A stretch of 64,000 bases of DNA from assembly GCA_963719165.1 (NCBI GenBank), contig CAVRAV010000001.1:1829215-1893214 (forward strand). The letters run 5' to 3'. The notes beneath the pieces were generated by a model, which was not told the DNA's origin, did not search any database, and was given only the letters and a program-made list of their open reading frames with translations. Position numbers and translations under genes: made by a program. Of this stretch, positions 31,252 to 40,785 are shown in pieces. Each line of letters starts with the position of its first letter. Position 1 is the first letter of the stretch. The DNA is from an uncultured Actinomycetes bacterium (GTDB lineage Bacteria; Actinomycetota; UBA4738; HRBIN12).

Positions 31252-31533
31252 GTGCTCTTGATCCCTTGCCCCTACTGCGGGCCGCGCGAGGAGACCGAGT
31301 TCCACTACGGCGGGCAGGCGCACGTGGCCTACCCCGCGGATCCGGCCGCGCTCTCCGACGAGGAATGGGCCGACTTCCTGTTCATGCGCGAGAACCCGAT
31401 GGGCGCATGGTCCGAGCGATGGGTACACGAAGCTGGATGCCGGCGGTGGTTCAACGTGGTGCGTTCCACGGCGACGAACGAGATCCAGGCTGCCTACGCG
31501 ATCGGCGAGCCGCCGCCGAGAGGCGACGGGTGA
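31252..31533 (+). CDS. soxD: Sarcosine oxidase delta subunit
   Basis: GTG at 31252, 6 nt after the GGGAGA of the last repeat unit, gives MLLIPCPYCGPREETEFHYGG..., the SoxD Cys-rich N-terminus. An in-frame ATG at 31219 inside repeat unit 5/6 is an alternative start. Confidence 0.8.
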   Translation: MLLIPCPYCGPREETEFHYGGQAHVAYPADPAALSDEEWADFLFMRENPMGAWSERWVHEAGCRRWFNVVRSTATNEIQAAYAIGEPPPRGDG

Positions 31534-34220
31534 CATCCTCGCGCCGCTCCGAGGGCGGCTCGGGGATCGACCGCGGCGTGCCGTTGCGGTTCTCCTTCGA
31601 CGGGTCCACCCGCGAAGGCTACGCGGGCGACACGCTCGCGAGCGCTCTGCTTGCCAACGGCGTGGACGTCGTGTGCTCCTCGCCGATCCTCAACCGCCCG
31701 CGTGGCGTGTTCTCCGCAGGGGTCGAGGAGCCCTGCGCCTTCGTGGAGGTGAGCGCGCCGCGGCTCGAACCAATCGTGGCCGCCCCAGCCGTGGAGCTGG
31801 TCGATGGGCTGAGGGCTGCGGGCCGCCCCGGCGTGGGACGACTCCGGGAGGACGATGCCGGTGCCGCGCCGGCCGATCACCGGAACGTGCATGTGGAGAC
31901 CCTCGTGGTGGGCGCCGGCGTTACCGGCCTTCGCGCCGCGCGCGAGGCCGCGCGCTCCGGTGAGCGCGTGATGCTCGTGGACGAGCGCCACTGGCTCGGA
32001 GGCACGGCGCACAGCGCCGCCGACATCGACGGGGAGGCGGCGGCGGCCTGGGTACAGATCGTGGCCGCCGAGCTCGACGAGGCGCCTGGGGTGCGCGTCT
32101 TGCCGCGCGCCACCGCGCTCGGCGTGTACGACGCGGGCTACGTCGTCGTGGCGCAGAGGAGCCGGGGCGCGGAGCGCATCTGGCACGTGCGTGCCGGGCG
32201 CGTGGTCCTCGCCACCGGGGCCCACGAGCGCCCGATCGCCTTCGCCGACAACGATCGCCCCGGCGTCATGCTCGCATCCGCGGCCGTGCTCTACGCCGAC
32301 CGGTTCGGCGTGCTGCCCGGCGAGCGGGCCGTGGTCTTCACGACGAATCACGGCGGCCACGCGGCGGCCGAGGCCCTCGCCGAGGCCGGCGTCGAGATCG
32401 CGGCGATCCTGGACGCCGGCGAGGGCGGCCCCGCCACCGATCGCGCGCGCGACCGCGGTATCGAGGTGCGCACCCGCTGGGCCGTGGCCTCCACCGCGGG
32501 GGGCGACCGTGTCCGATCGGTCCTCGGGGTCGGGCCCGACGGGGTCGAGGAGGTGTTCGATGCGGACCTCGTCCTCGTGGCCGGTGGGTGGAACCCCGTC
32601 GTCCAGCTGTGGCGCGGCATCGGCGGCGGCGTTCGCTACGACGACGACCTCGCCTGCTTCCTCCCCGACGGCCCGGCACCGCCATGGCTCGAGATCGAGG
32701 GAGCCGCCGCGGGGGTCGGTCTGCCCGCCGTCACGCCGTACTGGTTCACGCCCGGGGCCGACCTCAGCCACCACTTCATCGATCTGCAGAGGGATTCGAC
32801 GGTCGCAGACGTGCTCGACGCGGTCGACATGAACCTGCGGTCGATCGAGCACGTGAAACGGGCGACCTATATCGGCACGGCCATCGATCAGGGACGCACG
32901 AGCGGCGTCCACACGGCCGCCATCGTGAACGAGGCCCTGGGCGCCGGCCCAGGCGCCCAGGGCCCTTCGAACAGCCGGCCGCCGTATACCCCGGTGCCGT
33001 TCGCGGCCCTCGCCGGCCGCGACCGTGGGAACCTGCTCGATCCCGTGCGCTCGACGCCGATCCACGCGTGGCACGTCGAGCACGGCGCCACCTTCGAGAA
33101 CGTCGGCCGATGGAAGCGCCCGCGCTTCTTCCCGGCGGGTCCCTCGGAGGCTCTGGATGCCGCGGTGGACCGGGAGTGCCTCGCCGTGCGGGGCTCCGTG
33201 GGCGTCCTGGACGCATCGACCCTGGGAAAGATCGAGTTGGCGGGTCCCGACGTGGGGACCTTCCTCGACCGGCTCTACACCAACCGGATGTCGAGCCTGG
33301 CGATCGGCGCGATCCGTTACGGCCTCATGCTGGGGATCGACGGCATGGTGATGGACGATGGCGTGGCCATGCGCCTCGCACGGGATCGCTACCTCCTCAG
33401 CACGACGACCGGCGGAGCGGCCCCGGTGATGAGCCACGTCGAGGAATGGCTGCAAACCGAGTGGCCGGACCTTCGTGTCTGGGCCACGAGCGTCACCGAG
33501 CAGTGGGCGACGGTGGCGGTGAACGGACCCCGCGCGCGCGATGTGCTGTCACGGCTCGGCACGGGGATCGCCCTCGACGCCGCGTCGTTCCCGTTCATGA
33601 GCTGGCGCGAGGGTGTCGTCGCTGGCATGCCGGCGCGGATCGCCCGCGTGAGCTTCAGCGGCGAGCTCGCCTACGAGATCTCCGTGCCGGGCTGGTACGG
33701 GCTCGCGATGTGGGAGGCCGTGATGGCCGCTGGGACCGCCTTCGGCATCACGCCCTACGGCACCGAGTCCATGCACGTGCTGCGCGCCGAGAAGGGGTTC
33801 CCGATCGTGGGCCAGGACACCGACGGCACGGTCACGCCCCACGACCTCGGCATGTCGTGGATCGTGAACGAGACCAAGGAGGACTTCATCGGCAAGCGAT
33901 CGCTCTCGCGCCCCGAGGCCAGACGCCTCGATCGCAAGCACCTCGTCGGACTCCTGCCCGTGGAGCCCGACGCCGTGCTGCCCGAAGGCGCCCAGATCGT
34001 GCTGCGCGACACCGGGACGATCCCCATGCCGATGGCGGGGCACGTGACCTCGTCCTACCGCAGCCCCGCGCTCGACCGCTCGATCGCGCTGGCGATGGTG
34101 GCGGGGGGTCGCGACCTGATCGGCACGACGGTGTTCGCCCCCCTCCCCGGGGCGACGATCCCCGCCGTCGTGACCGCTCCGATCTTCTTCGATCCCGAGG
34201 GAACGCGCCGTGACGGCTGA
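31530..34220 (+). CDS. soxA: Sarcosine oxidase alpha subunit
   Basis: The GTG overlaps the soxD stop (GTGA). The ORF is 896 aa. HVETLVVGAGVTGLRAAREAA marks NAD/FAD binding. The C-terminal GcvT-like domain has ...FSGELAYEISVP.... Confidence 0.9.
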   Translation: MTSSRRSEGGSGIDRGVPLRFSFDGSTREGYAGDTLASALLANGVDVVCSSPILNRPRGVFSAGVEEPCAFVEVSAPRLEPIVAAPAVELVDGLRAAGRPGVGRLREDDAGAAPADHRNVHVETLVVGAGVTGLRAAREAARSGERVMLVDERHWLGGTAHSAADIDGEAAAAWVQIVAAELDEAPGVRVLPRATALGVYDAGYVVVAQRSRGAERIWHVRAGRVVLATGAHERPIAFADNDRPGVMLASAAVLYADRFGVLPGERAVVFTTNHGGHAAAEALAEAGVEIAAILDAGEGGPATDRARDRGIEVRTRWAVASTAGGDRVRSVLGVGPDGVEEVFDADLVLVAGGWNPVVQLWRGIGGGVRYDDDLACFLPDGPAPPWLEIEGAAAGVGLPAVTPYWFTPGADLSHHFIDLQRDSTVADVLDAVDMNLRSIEHVKRATYIGTAIDQGRTSGVHTAAIVNEALGAGPGAQGPSNSRPPYTPVPFAALAGRDRGNLLDPVRSTPIHAWHVEHGATFENVGRWKRPRFFPAGPSEALDAAVDRECLAVRGSVGVLDASTLGKIELAGPDVGTFLDRLYTNRMSSLAIGAIRYGLMLGIDGMVMDDGVAMRLARDRYLLSTTTGGAAPVMSHVEEWLQTEWPDLRVWATSVTEQWATVAVNGPRARDVLSRLGTGIALDAASFPFMSWREGVVAGMPARIARVSFSGELAYEISVPGWYGLAMWEAVMAAGTAFGITPYGTESMHVLRAEKGFPIVGQDTDGTVTPHDLGMSWIVNETKEDFIGKRSLSRPEARRLDRKHLVGLLPVEPDAVLPEGAQIVLRDTGTIPMPMAGHVTSSYRSPALDRSIALAMVAGGRDLIGTTVFAPLPGATIPAVVTAPIFFDPEGTRRDG

Positions 34221-34770
34221 GCCGGTCGCGAGGTCTCCGCTCGCGCACCGGTCGCAGCACCTGAGGGCCATCGGGACCGTCGATCGATCCCTATGGGTTG
34301 CGGAGGTGCCGTTCCTCACGCAGGTCGGCCTTCGTGCCGAAGGCGTCCCGACCTCCGGTCTCGCCCTGCCCCTCGAGCCCGACACGGTCCGCATCGACGG
34401 CGAGCGTGCGACGCTGTGGCTGGGTCCCGACGAGTGGCTCGTCACCGGCCCGCCAGGCTCCGCGGGGGCCGTCATCGCGGATCTGCACGCCGGCCTCGGA
34501 GACCGGCCTCACGCCTGCATGGATCTATCGGCGAACCGCGCGGTGCTCGACCTCGGTGGCTCGGTCGCGTTCGAGGTCCTCGACCGCGGATGCTCACTCG
34601 ACCTGCACCCCTCGCGATGGTCCGAGGGCATGTGCGCCCAGACGAACCTCGCCCGGGCGCAGGTGATCCTGCAGCAGGGGCCGGAGGTCACGAGGATCTT
34701 CGTGCGGCCCTCGTTCGCGAGCTACCTCGTGGACTGGCTCGCGTCCGCCGCCGCGGCGGTCGGGGGCTGA
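34210..34770 (+). CDS. soxG: Sarcosine oxidase gamma subunit
   Basis: The GTG start overlaps the soxA stop. The ORF is 186 aa in the canonical soxBDAG order. Confidence 0.75.
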   Translation: MTAEPVARSPLAHRSQHLRAIGTVDRSLWVAEVPFLTQVGLRAEGVPTSGLALPLEPDTVRIDGERATLWLGPDEWLVTGPPGSAGAVIADLHAGLGDRPHACMDLSANRAVLDLGGSVAFEVLDRGCSLDLHPSRWSEGMCAQTNLARAQVILQQGPEVTRIFVRPSFASYLVDWLASAAAAVGG

Positions 34771-34814
34771 CGCCGGGTTCAACGGGGCTCGTTGGGGCCT
34801 TCGGGCCGGTCCGC

Positions 34815-35325
34815 TCAGCGGTAGAGGGCGAGCTCCTGCGTGTCGGTCATGTCCAGGACGGCGTGCGCGTCGGTAGCCTGGGCTGGCGAGCCGTGCGCGA
34901 CCAGCAGATAGCGACCGACAGACAGGTCCTCTTCGTAGTCCTGCACATTCGCGGCCGGGACACCCACCTCGGCGAGGACGCCGATGCCCGCGCCGGCCAG
35001 GGCCCCGGCGCCACCCCCGATCACCGCCGCGGCGAGCAGCCCGCTCGCCACGACGACGGCACCACCGGGGATCGCGAGCGTCACGAGCGCTCCCGTCGAT
35101 CCCGCCGAACAGGGCACCGCGACCGGCGCCCTTCGCCGTGGGGCTATCCGCCGCGTCGAAGGCCCCCTCGGGTGCCGCCTCGCCGGCACCCACGACCGTG
35201 ATGCGGTCCTCCGGGACGCCGCGCTCGCGCAGGGCGTCGAACCCCAAGCGCGCCTGCTCGTCCGTCTCGTAGACCGCCACGACGGAGGCCTGTTCGCCGC
35301 CCGCCGATCGACCCGTCTCAACCAT
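34815..35325 (-). pseudogene. YflT/general-stress-protein-like membrane protein with a glycine-zipper, frameshifted near 35105
   Basis: ATG at 35325 after GGAGGCGGAGG gives MVETGRSAGGEQASVVAVYETDEQARLGFDALRERGVPEDRITVVGAGE (ORF 34594..35325). The C-terminal TM/Gly-zipper and ...VQDYEEDLSVGRYLLVAHGSPAQATDAHAVLD are in frame 34815..35420. Confidence 0.45.
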
Positions 35326-35358
35326 CCTCCGCCTCCATGCCTCGTCGCCCGGCCAAGG

Positions 35359-36246
35359 CTAGCCCAGATCCCGACCGAGCTCCGCGAGCATGCGCTCCTG
35401 CCACGCGACCGTGGCCTCAACCTGATTGAACGTGAACAGGTGCAGCGCGACGACGGCGGCGGTTGGATCGCACATCGAGGGCGCCATCCCCTCCAGCAGG
35501 GCGTCGGGGCCGAAGCTCCCGGGCGAGAGCAGCTTTCCCACCATCCGCCGGTTCTTCATGAGATAGCGCGCCGAGTCGGCCACCCCGATCTTGGCCGAGA
35601 CCGCCATAAGTTTCTTCAGATCGGCGACCCCGGGCGTGCCGAGGTTCACCGGGAGTTCAACCCCCGCCGCCCGCATGCGGGCGATCCAGGCCATGATGGC
35701 GTCGGGGTTGAAGCACATCTGGGTCGCCATGTAGGCGGCGTAGCGCTGCTTCTCCACCAACACCTCCACCAATCGGGCCTCGGAGATGTTCGGGTGACCT
35801 TCCGGATACGCCGGGACTCCGATCTCTGCGAAGGGATGGCCGGTCTCGTGGATGGCGCGAAGCAGCGACAGCCCGTCGGGGTAGGCGCCGGGATCCTTCG
35901 CGTCGCCCCCCACGACGAACGCTCGCTCGAGCCCCGAGCCTGCGCAGCGCTGGAGGAGGTCGGCGAGGTGGGCGGCGTCCCGAACCATGTGCGCGGACAG
36001 GTGCGGGATCGCCTCGTGGCCGTGATCACGCAATCGCTCGCAGAGGTCCAGCGTGGCCTCGAGCCCCCTGCCGGGCGAGGCGGTCACCGTCACCGTGGCC
36101 CGCGCGGGCAGGTGGGCGGCGTGCTCCATGGCGCTCGCGAGCGGGATCAACTCGAACTTGGGCTCGGCTACCAGGGCGCGCAGGGCCGATCGCTCAGGCG
36201 CCGAGAGCGCGTTCGACGGCTTGCGTTTGCCTAGCACCACGTTCAC
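35359..36246 (-). CDS. metF: Methylenetetrahydrofolate reductase
   Basis: GTG at 36246 after CAGGAGGACGA. FVVGGDAKDPGAYPDGLSLLRAI...ATQMCFNPDAIMAWI is MetF family. It is the last gene of the operon. Confidence 0.8.
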   Translation of the reverse strand: MNVVLGKRKPSNALSAPERSALRALVAEPKFELIPLASAMEHAAHLPARATVTVTASPGRGLEATLDLCERLRDHGHEAIPHLSAHMVRDAAHLADLLQRCAGSGLERAFVVGGDAKDPGAYPDGLSLLRAIHETGHPFAEIGVPAYPEGHPNISEARLVEVLVEKQRYAAYMATQMCFNPDAIMAWIARMRAAGVELPVNLGTPGVADLKKLMAVSAKIGVADSARYLMKNRRMVGKLLSPGSFGPDALLEGMAPSMCDPTAAVVALHLFTFNQVEATVAWQERMLAELGRDLG

Positions 36247-36272
36247 TCGTCCTCCTGCTCGCGGGCGGCAAC

Positions 36273-37814
36273 CTACACGTTCGAGTCCGGGAACGAGGCC
36301 TTCTGACGCTCGATCCACTCGCGCAGCTCCAGGTCGACGGCCTCGTCGATGGCCGGGGGTTCGTAGTCGGCGAGCGTCTTCTTCCATATCGGGTTGGCCC
36401 GGGTGGCGGACTCGAGCGCCCCCTCGAGCTCCCATTGTTCGAAGCTGTTGTTGTCGGCGACGGAGGAGCGGAAGAAGGCCGTCTCGAAGTTCGCGAGCGT
36501 GTGCGCGGTTCCCAGGAAATGCTGACCGGGACCGTTCTCCACGATGGCGTCCACCGCCTGGCCGTTCGGGCTCAGATCGACGCCCTTCGCGAACGCGTGC
36601 ATCATCCCGCACTGGTCGAGGTCCATCACGAACTTCTCGTACCCCATGGTGAGCCCCCCCTCGAGCCATCCGGCCGCATGCAGCACGAAGTTGACCCCGC
36701 CCAGCACGGTCGGCTGCAGCGTGTTGGCGGACTCGTACGCCGCCTGGGCATCCGGGACCTTGGAGGCGGTCAGGGAGCCGCCGCTGCGGAACGGAACGCC
36801 CAGACGGCGCGCGCATGCCGCGAGGGAGTAGAGCACGAGCGCCGGCTCGGGCGTGCCGAACGTCGGCGCGCCGGACTGCATGGACATCGAGGATGCGAAG
36901 GACCCGAACACGACCGGCGCGCCCGCCCGCACGAGCTGGACGTAGGTCATGCCCGCGAGCGCCTCGGCGAGCGTCTGCGCGGCCGCCCCCGCCACCGTGG
37001 CCGGGCTCATGGCTCCCGCCAGGATGAACGGCGTGATGATCACCGCCTGGTTCGCCTCCGCGTAGGCCTTGGCCGCTCCGAGCATGCTCGAGTCCCACAC
37101 GAGCGGCGAGTTCGCGTTGATGAGGCTGAGGAGGTACGTGCGCTCCTCCAGCGCGTCCTTCCCGAACAAGATGCGGGCCATCTCGACCGAGTCCTGCGCC
37201 CGCTGGGGGTGGGTCACGGACCCCATGAACGGCTTGTCCGAATAGCGCATGTGCGCGTAGACCATGTCGTAATGGCGCTTGTTCACGGGCAGGTCGACCG
37301 GTTCGCAGACGGTGCCGCCCGAGTGGTGCAGGAACGGCGAGCTGTACGCGAGCTTCACGAAGTTCCGGAAGTCCTCGATCGTCCCGTAGCGTCGGCCGCC
37401 GTCGAGGTCCCGCACGAACGGCGATCCGTAGGCCGGCGCGAACACGGTCGCGTCCCCGCCGATCTGCACGTCGTGCGCGGGGTTGCGGGCGTGCTGGACG
37501 AACACCGAGGGGGCGCTGGCTCGGATCACCTCCCGGCACATCCCCCGCGGGAACCGCACGCGCTCCCCTTCGACGCCGGCGCCCGCGGCTTTCAGCAACG
37601 CGAGGGCATCGGGGGCGCCCTTGAAGTCGATCCCGACCCGTTCCAAGATCGTTTCGGCGTTGTCCTCGATCACGCTCAATCCTTCTTCGGAAAGGACCTC
37701 GAAGGGCGCGAGCGTGCGCGTGATGTAGGGGACGGCCTCGACGGCGTGCGCCGCCCGCACGGCCGCCCGCCCCGCGCGCCCGCCGGTGCGCCGCGCTCTG
37801 GGAGCATCGCTCAT
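36273..37814 (-). CDS. MttB-superfamily methyltransferase without pyrrolysine (glycine betaine/quaternary amine:corrinoid methyltransferase, MtgB-like)
   Basis: ATG at 37814 after GAGAGGAG. The ATGA overlaps the upstream gene. The N-terminus RRTGGRAGRAAVRAAH is typical of MttB. The ORF is 513 aa with no in-frame TAG. Confidence 0.8.
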   Translation of the reverse strand: MSDAPRARRTGGRAGRAAVRAAHAVEAVPYITRTLAPFEVLSEEGLSVIEDNAETILERVGIDFKGAPDALALLKAAGAGVEGERVRFPRGMCREVIRASAPSVFVQHARNPAHDVQIGGDATVFAPAYGSPFVRDLDGGRRYGTIEDFRNFVKLAYSSPFLHHSGGTVCEPVDLPVNKRHYDMVYAHMRYSDKPFMGSVTHPQRAQDSVEMARILFGKDALEERTYLLSLINANSPLVWDSSMLGAAKAYAEANQAVIITPFILAGAMSPATVAGAAAQTLAEALAGMTYVQLVRAGAPVVFGSFASSMSMQSGAPTFGTPEPALVLYSLAACARRLGVPFRSGGSLTASKVPDAQAAYESANTLQPTVLGGVNFVLHAAGWLEGGLTMGYEKFVMDLDQCGMMHAFAKGVDLSPNGQAVDAIVENGPGQHFLGTAHTLANFETAFFRSSVADNNSFEQWELEGALESATRANPIWKKTLADYEPPAIDEAVDLELREWIERQKASFPDSNV

Positions 37815-39850
37815 GTGGGACTCCTCTCGATGGTGGGACCGGCGGTACGTGAACGCCGTCGGCGACGCATCCGGTCCTCCGACCCGGAACCGGATCCGGC
37901 GCGGCGGGCGGGTAGCCGTACGACTTCAGCGAGGCGCGGATAGGGGTCGGCGGCGTGGGGGATCCCCATCGCGCCGACGAAATGCTCCTGGAACCGCGGT
38001 TCCACCGCCGTCTCGACCTTCTCCACGCGACGCACCACGGTTTCGATCTCGTCGCGCGCGGCGCGGTTGAGCAGCGCGATCCGCGCGCCCGTGCCGGCGG
38101 CGTTTCCGGCGCTCGTGACTGATGCCGGGTCGCAGTCGGGCACGAGACCGAGCACCATGGCGTGCACGGGATCGATGTGCGCGCCGAACGCTCCGGCGAG
38201 CCGGATCCGATCGACGGCGTCGATCCCCAGGTGATCCATCAACAGCTTGCACCCGGCCCACAGCGCGGCCTTGGCGAGCTGGATAGCACGAACGTCCATC
38301 TGGCTGAGCCGGAGCGGCACCCGCCCTTCGCTCAGGACATAGGCGAACGTGCGTCGGTCGGAGACGATCCGCGGGGAGCGCTCCGCCAGCGCGCCGTCGA
38401 TCACGCCGTCCTCGGTGATGACCCCGGCGAGGAACAGCTCGGCCACGAGCTCGATGATCCCCGAGCCGCAGATGCCGGTGACGGCGCTCGGTTCGAAGCC
38501 CGGCTCGTCGGACCAAGCGTCGTTGCCGATGACCTTGTAGCGGGGCTCGAGCGTCGCTGCGTCGACGCGGACGCGTTCGACCGCACCGGGCGCCGCCCGC
38601 TGCCCGCCGGTGACCTGCGCGCCTTCGAAGGCGGGCCCGGTGGGGCTCGAGGCCGCGAGCAAGCGATCGCGGTTGCCGAGCACGATCTCCGCGTTCGTCC
38701 CGACATCCACGATGAGGTTGACCTGTTCCTGTGCGTGAGGCGCCTCGGACAGGATGACCCCCGCGGTATCGGCGCCCACGTGACCGGCGATGCAGGGCAA
38801 GAGGTAGACGCGAGCGCCGGGATTCACACCGCGCAGGTCAAGGTCGAGCGCGCGCCGGTGCACCGCGCCGTCGGTCGCGAGCGCGAACGGGGCCCCGCCC
38901 AGCTCCGTCGGGTCGAGCCCGAGGAGGAGGTGGTGCATGATCGGATTGCCTACCACCGTGAGATCCAGCACGTCGGAGGGCGCCTCGGCCGCCTGCGAGC
39001 ACAGTTCCCCGACGAGATCCTCGAGGCACCCGCGGATCGCGCGCGTGAGCTCGGCCTCGGACCCCGGATTCATCATCACGTAGGACACGCGGCTCATGAG
39101 GTCCTCGCCGAAGCGGATCTGCGGGTTCATCGAACCTGCCGATGCCAGGACGTCGCCGCTCGCGAGGTCGCACAGATGCCCGGCCACGGTGGTGGAACCG
39201 ACGTCGAAGGCGATCCCGAGCGCCCGGCCGTGGTACCCCGGCCACACGGCGACGATCGATCGACCGTCGTGCACGGCCACGGTGGCCGTCCAGTCGCCGG
39301 CGCGCAGCGTGCGCTGCAGCGCCGCGAGGACGTGGGCGTCGCACGCCAGCCCCGCGAGTCGCCAGTCGCGTTCGAGGGCCTCCTCCAGACGCTGGAGGTC
39401 GCCCGAGGGATCACGGAGGTCGGGTTCGCGCACCTCCACGTAGTGCAGGCGGATCGTGGGATCCACTTCGATCGGGTGGGCGTCCGCCTCCTTGCGGATC
39501 ACCTGGCGATGGATCTGGCTCTCCGGCGGCACGTCGATCACGAGGTCGCCCAGGATGCGTGCGTGGCACCCGAGCCGCCGATCGTGCCCCAGGCCATCGC
39601 GGTCCCGGTAGCGCTGCTCCGGCTCGCTGAACGCCGTGAGGTGCGCGGCTGTCGAATCGATGGCGAGCTTGGCGAACGCGCCCTCGCTCACCACCACCTG
39701 GCAACGACCGCAGATCCCCCGGCCCCCGCATACGGAGTCCAGGTCGACCCCGAGGGTGCGCGCCGCGTCGAGCAGGTCGGTGCCCTGGGCGAATCGCCCG
39801 CGCAATCCCGACGGGGTGAACACGACGAGCGGCTCGCGAGGAGGATTCAC
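37811..39850 (-). CDS. Reductive activase of corrinoid enzymes (RACo/RamA-like; ASKHA ATPase with an N-terminal plant-type 2Fe-2S ferredoxin)
   Basis: The GTG at 39850 overlaps the mtgA-like stop (GTGA). The ferredoxin cysteines are CGGRGICGRCQV. The body is ASKHA (AFDVGSTTVAGHL..., DVGTNAEIVLG). Confidence 0.8.
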   Translation of the reverse strand: MNPPREPLVVFTPSGLRGRFAQGTDLLDAARTLGVDLDSVCGGRGICGRCQVVVSEGAFAKLAIDSTAAHLTAFSEPEQRYRDRDGLGHDRRLGCHARILGDLVIDVPPESQIHRQVIRKEADAHPIEVDPTIRLHYVEVREPDLRDPSGDLQRLEEALERDWRLAGLACDAHVLAALQRTLRAGDWTATVAVHDGRSIVAVWPGYHGRALGIAFDVGSTTVAGHLCDLASGDVLASAGSMNPQIRFGEDLMSRVSYVMMNPGSEAELTRAIRGCLEDLVGELCSQAAEAPSDVLDLTVVGNPIMHHLLLGLDPTELGGAPFALATDGAVHRRALDLDLRGVNPGARVYLLPCIAGHVGADTAGVILSEAPHAQEQVNLIVDVGTNAEIVLGNRDRLLAASSPTGPAFEGAQVTGGQRAAPGAVERVRVDAATLEPRYKVIGNDAWSDEPGFEPSAVTGICGSGIIELVAELFLAGVITEDGVIDGALAERSPRIVSDRRTFAYVLSEGRVPLRLSQMDVRAIQLAKAALWAGCKLLMDHLGIDAVDRIRLAGAFGAHIDPVHAMVLGLVPDCDPASVTSAGNAAGTGARIALLNRAARDEIETVVRRVEKVETAVEPRFQEHFVGAMGIPHAADPYPRLAEVVRLPARRAGSGSGSEDRMRRRRRSRTAGPTIERSPT

Positions 39851-40785
39851 GGCGCGGGCGGCGCTTCCGCGCCGGCGGCCGCCGCCGCTCGCCTGCGACC
39901 CTCGCGGCCGCCTCTGCGCCCGGCGTTCGGGCCACCCGTGGGCTGCTCGCGATAGCGACCGATCCAGGCGCCGCAGTCCCTGTCCACGCCCATCAGCACG
40001 TCGGCCGCCATCACGGCCTGCCGGACCTCCTCGTGCAAGGGGCTGGTGATGGCGCTCGTGAGGCCGTTCGCGATGGCCATGGCGAGGAACGCGCCGTTGA
40101 TCCCGTTGCGGTTGGGCAGGCCGAACGACACGTTGGACGCCCCACACGTGGTGTTGACCCCCAGCTCGTCATGCAGCCGGCGGACCAAGGAGAACACCTG
40201 GCGCCCCGCGCCGCCTAAGGCCCCGATCGGCATCACCAGGGGATCCACGACGATGTCGGCCGGCCCGATGCCGTGATCCGCGGCCGCGCGCACGATCTTC
40301 TCGGCCACGGCGAAGCGCACGTCGGGGTCCTCGCTGATCCCGGTCTCGTCGTTCGTGATCGCCACGACCGCCGCCCCGTGCTTGGCCACCAGCGGCAGCA
40401 CCTGCTCGAGGCGCTCGTCCTCTCCGGTGACGGAGTTCACGAGCGGCTTGCCCACGTAGGCGTTCAGCCCGGACTCCAGCGCCGCCACGATGGACGAGTC
40501 GATCGACAGGGGGAGGTCGGTCAGCGACTGCACCAACCGGACGGTCGCGGACAAGATCGCGGGCTCGTCCGCCAGCGGGATCCCGGCGTTCACGTCGAGC
40601 ATGTGCGCGCCCGCGGCCACCTGCGCGTGCGTGTCGGCCACCACCGTGGAGTAGTCGCCGGCCTTCATCTCCTCCGCGAGACGCTGGCGGCCGGTGGGGT
40701 TGATGCGCTCTCCGATGATCACGAAGGGCCGACCCGGGCCGATCATCACCTCGCGGGTGGCCGAGCCCAACACGGTGTCGGTCAT
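39847..40785 (-). CDS. Methyl-tetrahydrofolate:corrinoid methyltransferase (pterin-binding, MtgA/AcsE/MtrH-like)
   Basis: ATG at 40785, with a GGAG SD. IIGERINPTGRQRLAEEMKAGDY...LDVNAGIP...NSVTGE...CGASNVSFGLPNR is the pterin-binding DHPS-like TIM barrel. Confidence 0.8.
   Translation of the reverse strand: MTDTVLGSATREVMIGPGRPFVIIGERINPTGRQRLAEEMKAGDYSTVVADTHAQVAAGAHMLDVNAGIPLADEPAILSATVRLVQSLTDLPLSIDSSIVAALESGLNAYVGKPLVNSVTGEDERLEQVLPLVAKHGAAVVAITNDETGISEDPDVRFAVAEKIVRAAADHGIGPADIVVDPLVMPIGALGGAGRQVFSLVRRLHDELGVNTTCGASNVSFGLPNRNGINGAFLAMAIANGLTSAITSPLHEEVRQAVMAADVLMGVDRDCGAWIGRYREQPTGGPNAGRRGGREGRRRAAAAAGAEAPPAP

Noticed and set aside
36273-37814. Pyrrolysine (in-frame UAG) in the MttB-family gene.
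   Set aside because: The ORF is continuous with no internal TAG. This is the non-Pyl MttB-superfamily type, so a true trimethylamine methyltransferase is unlikely.
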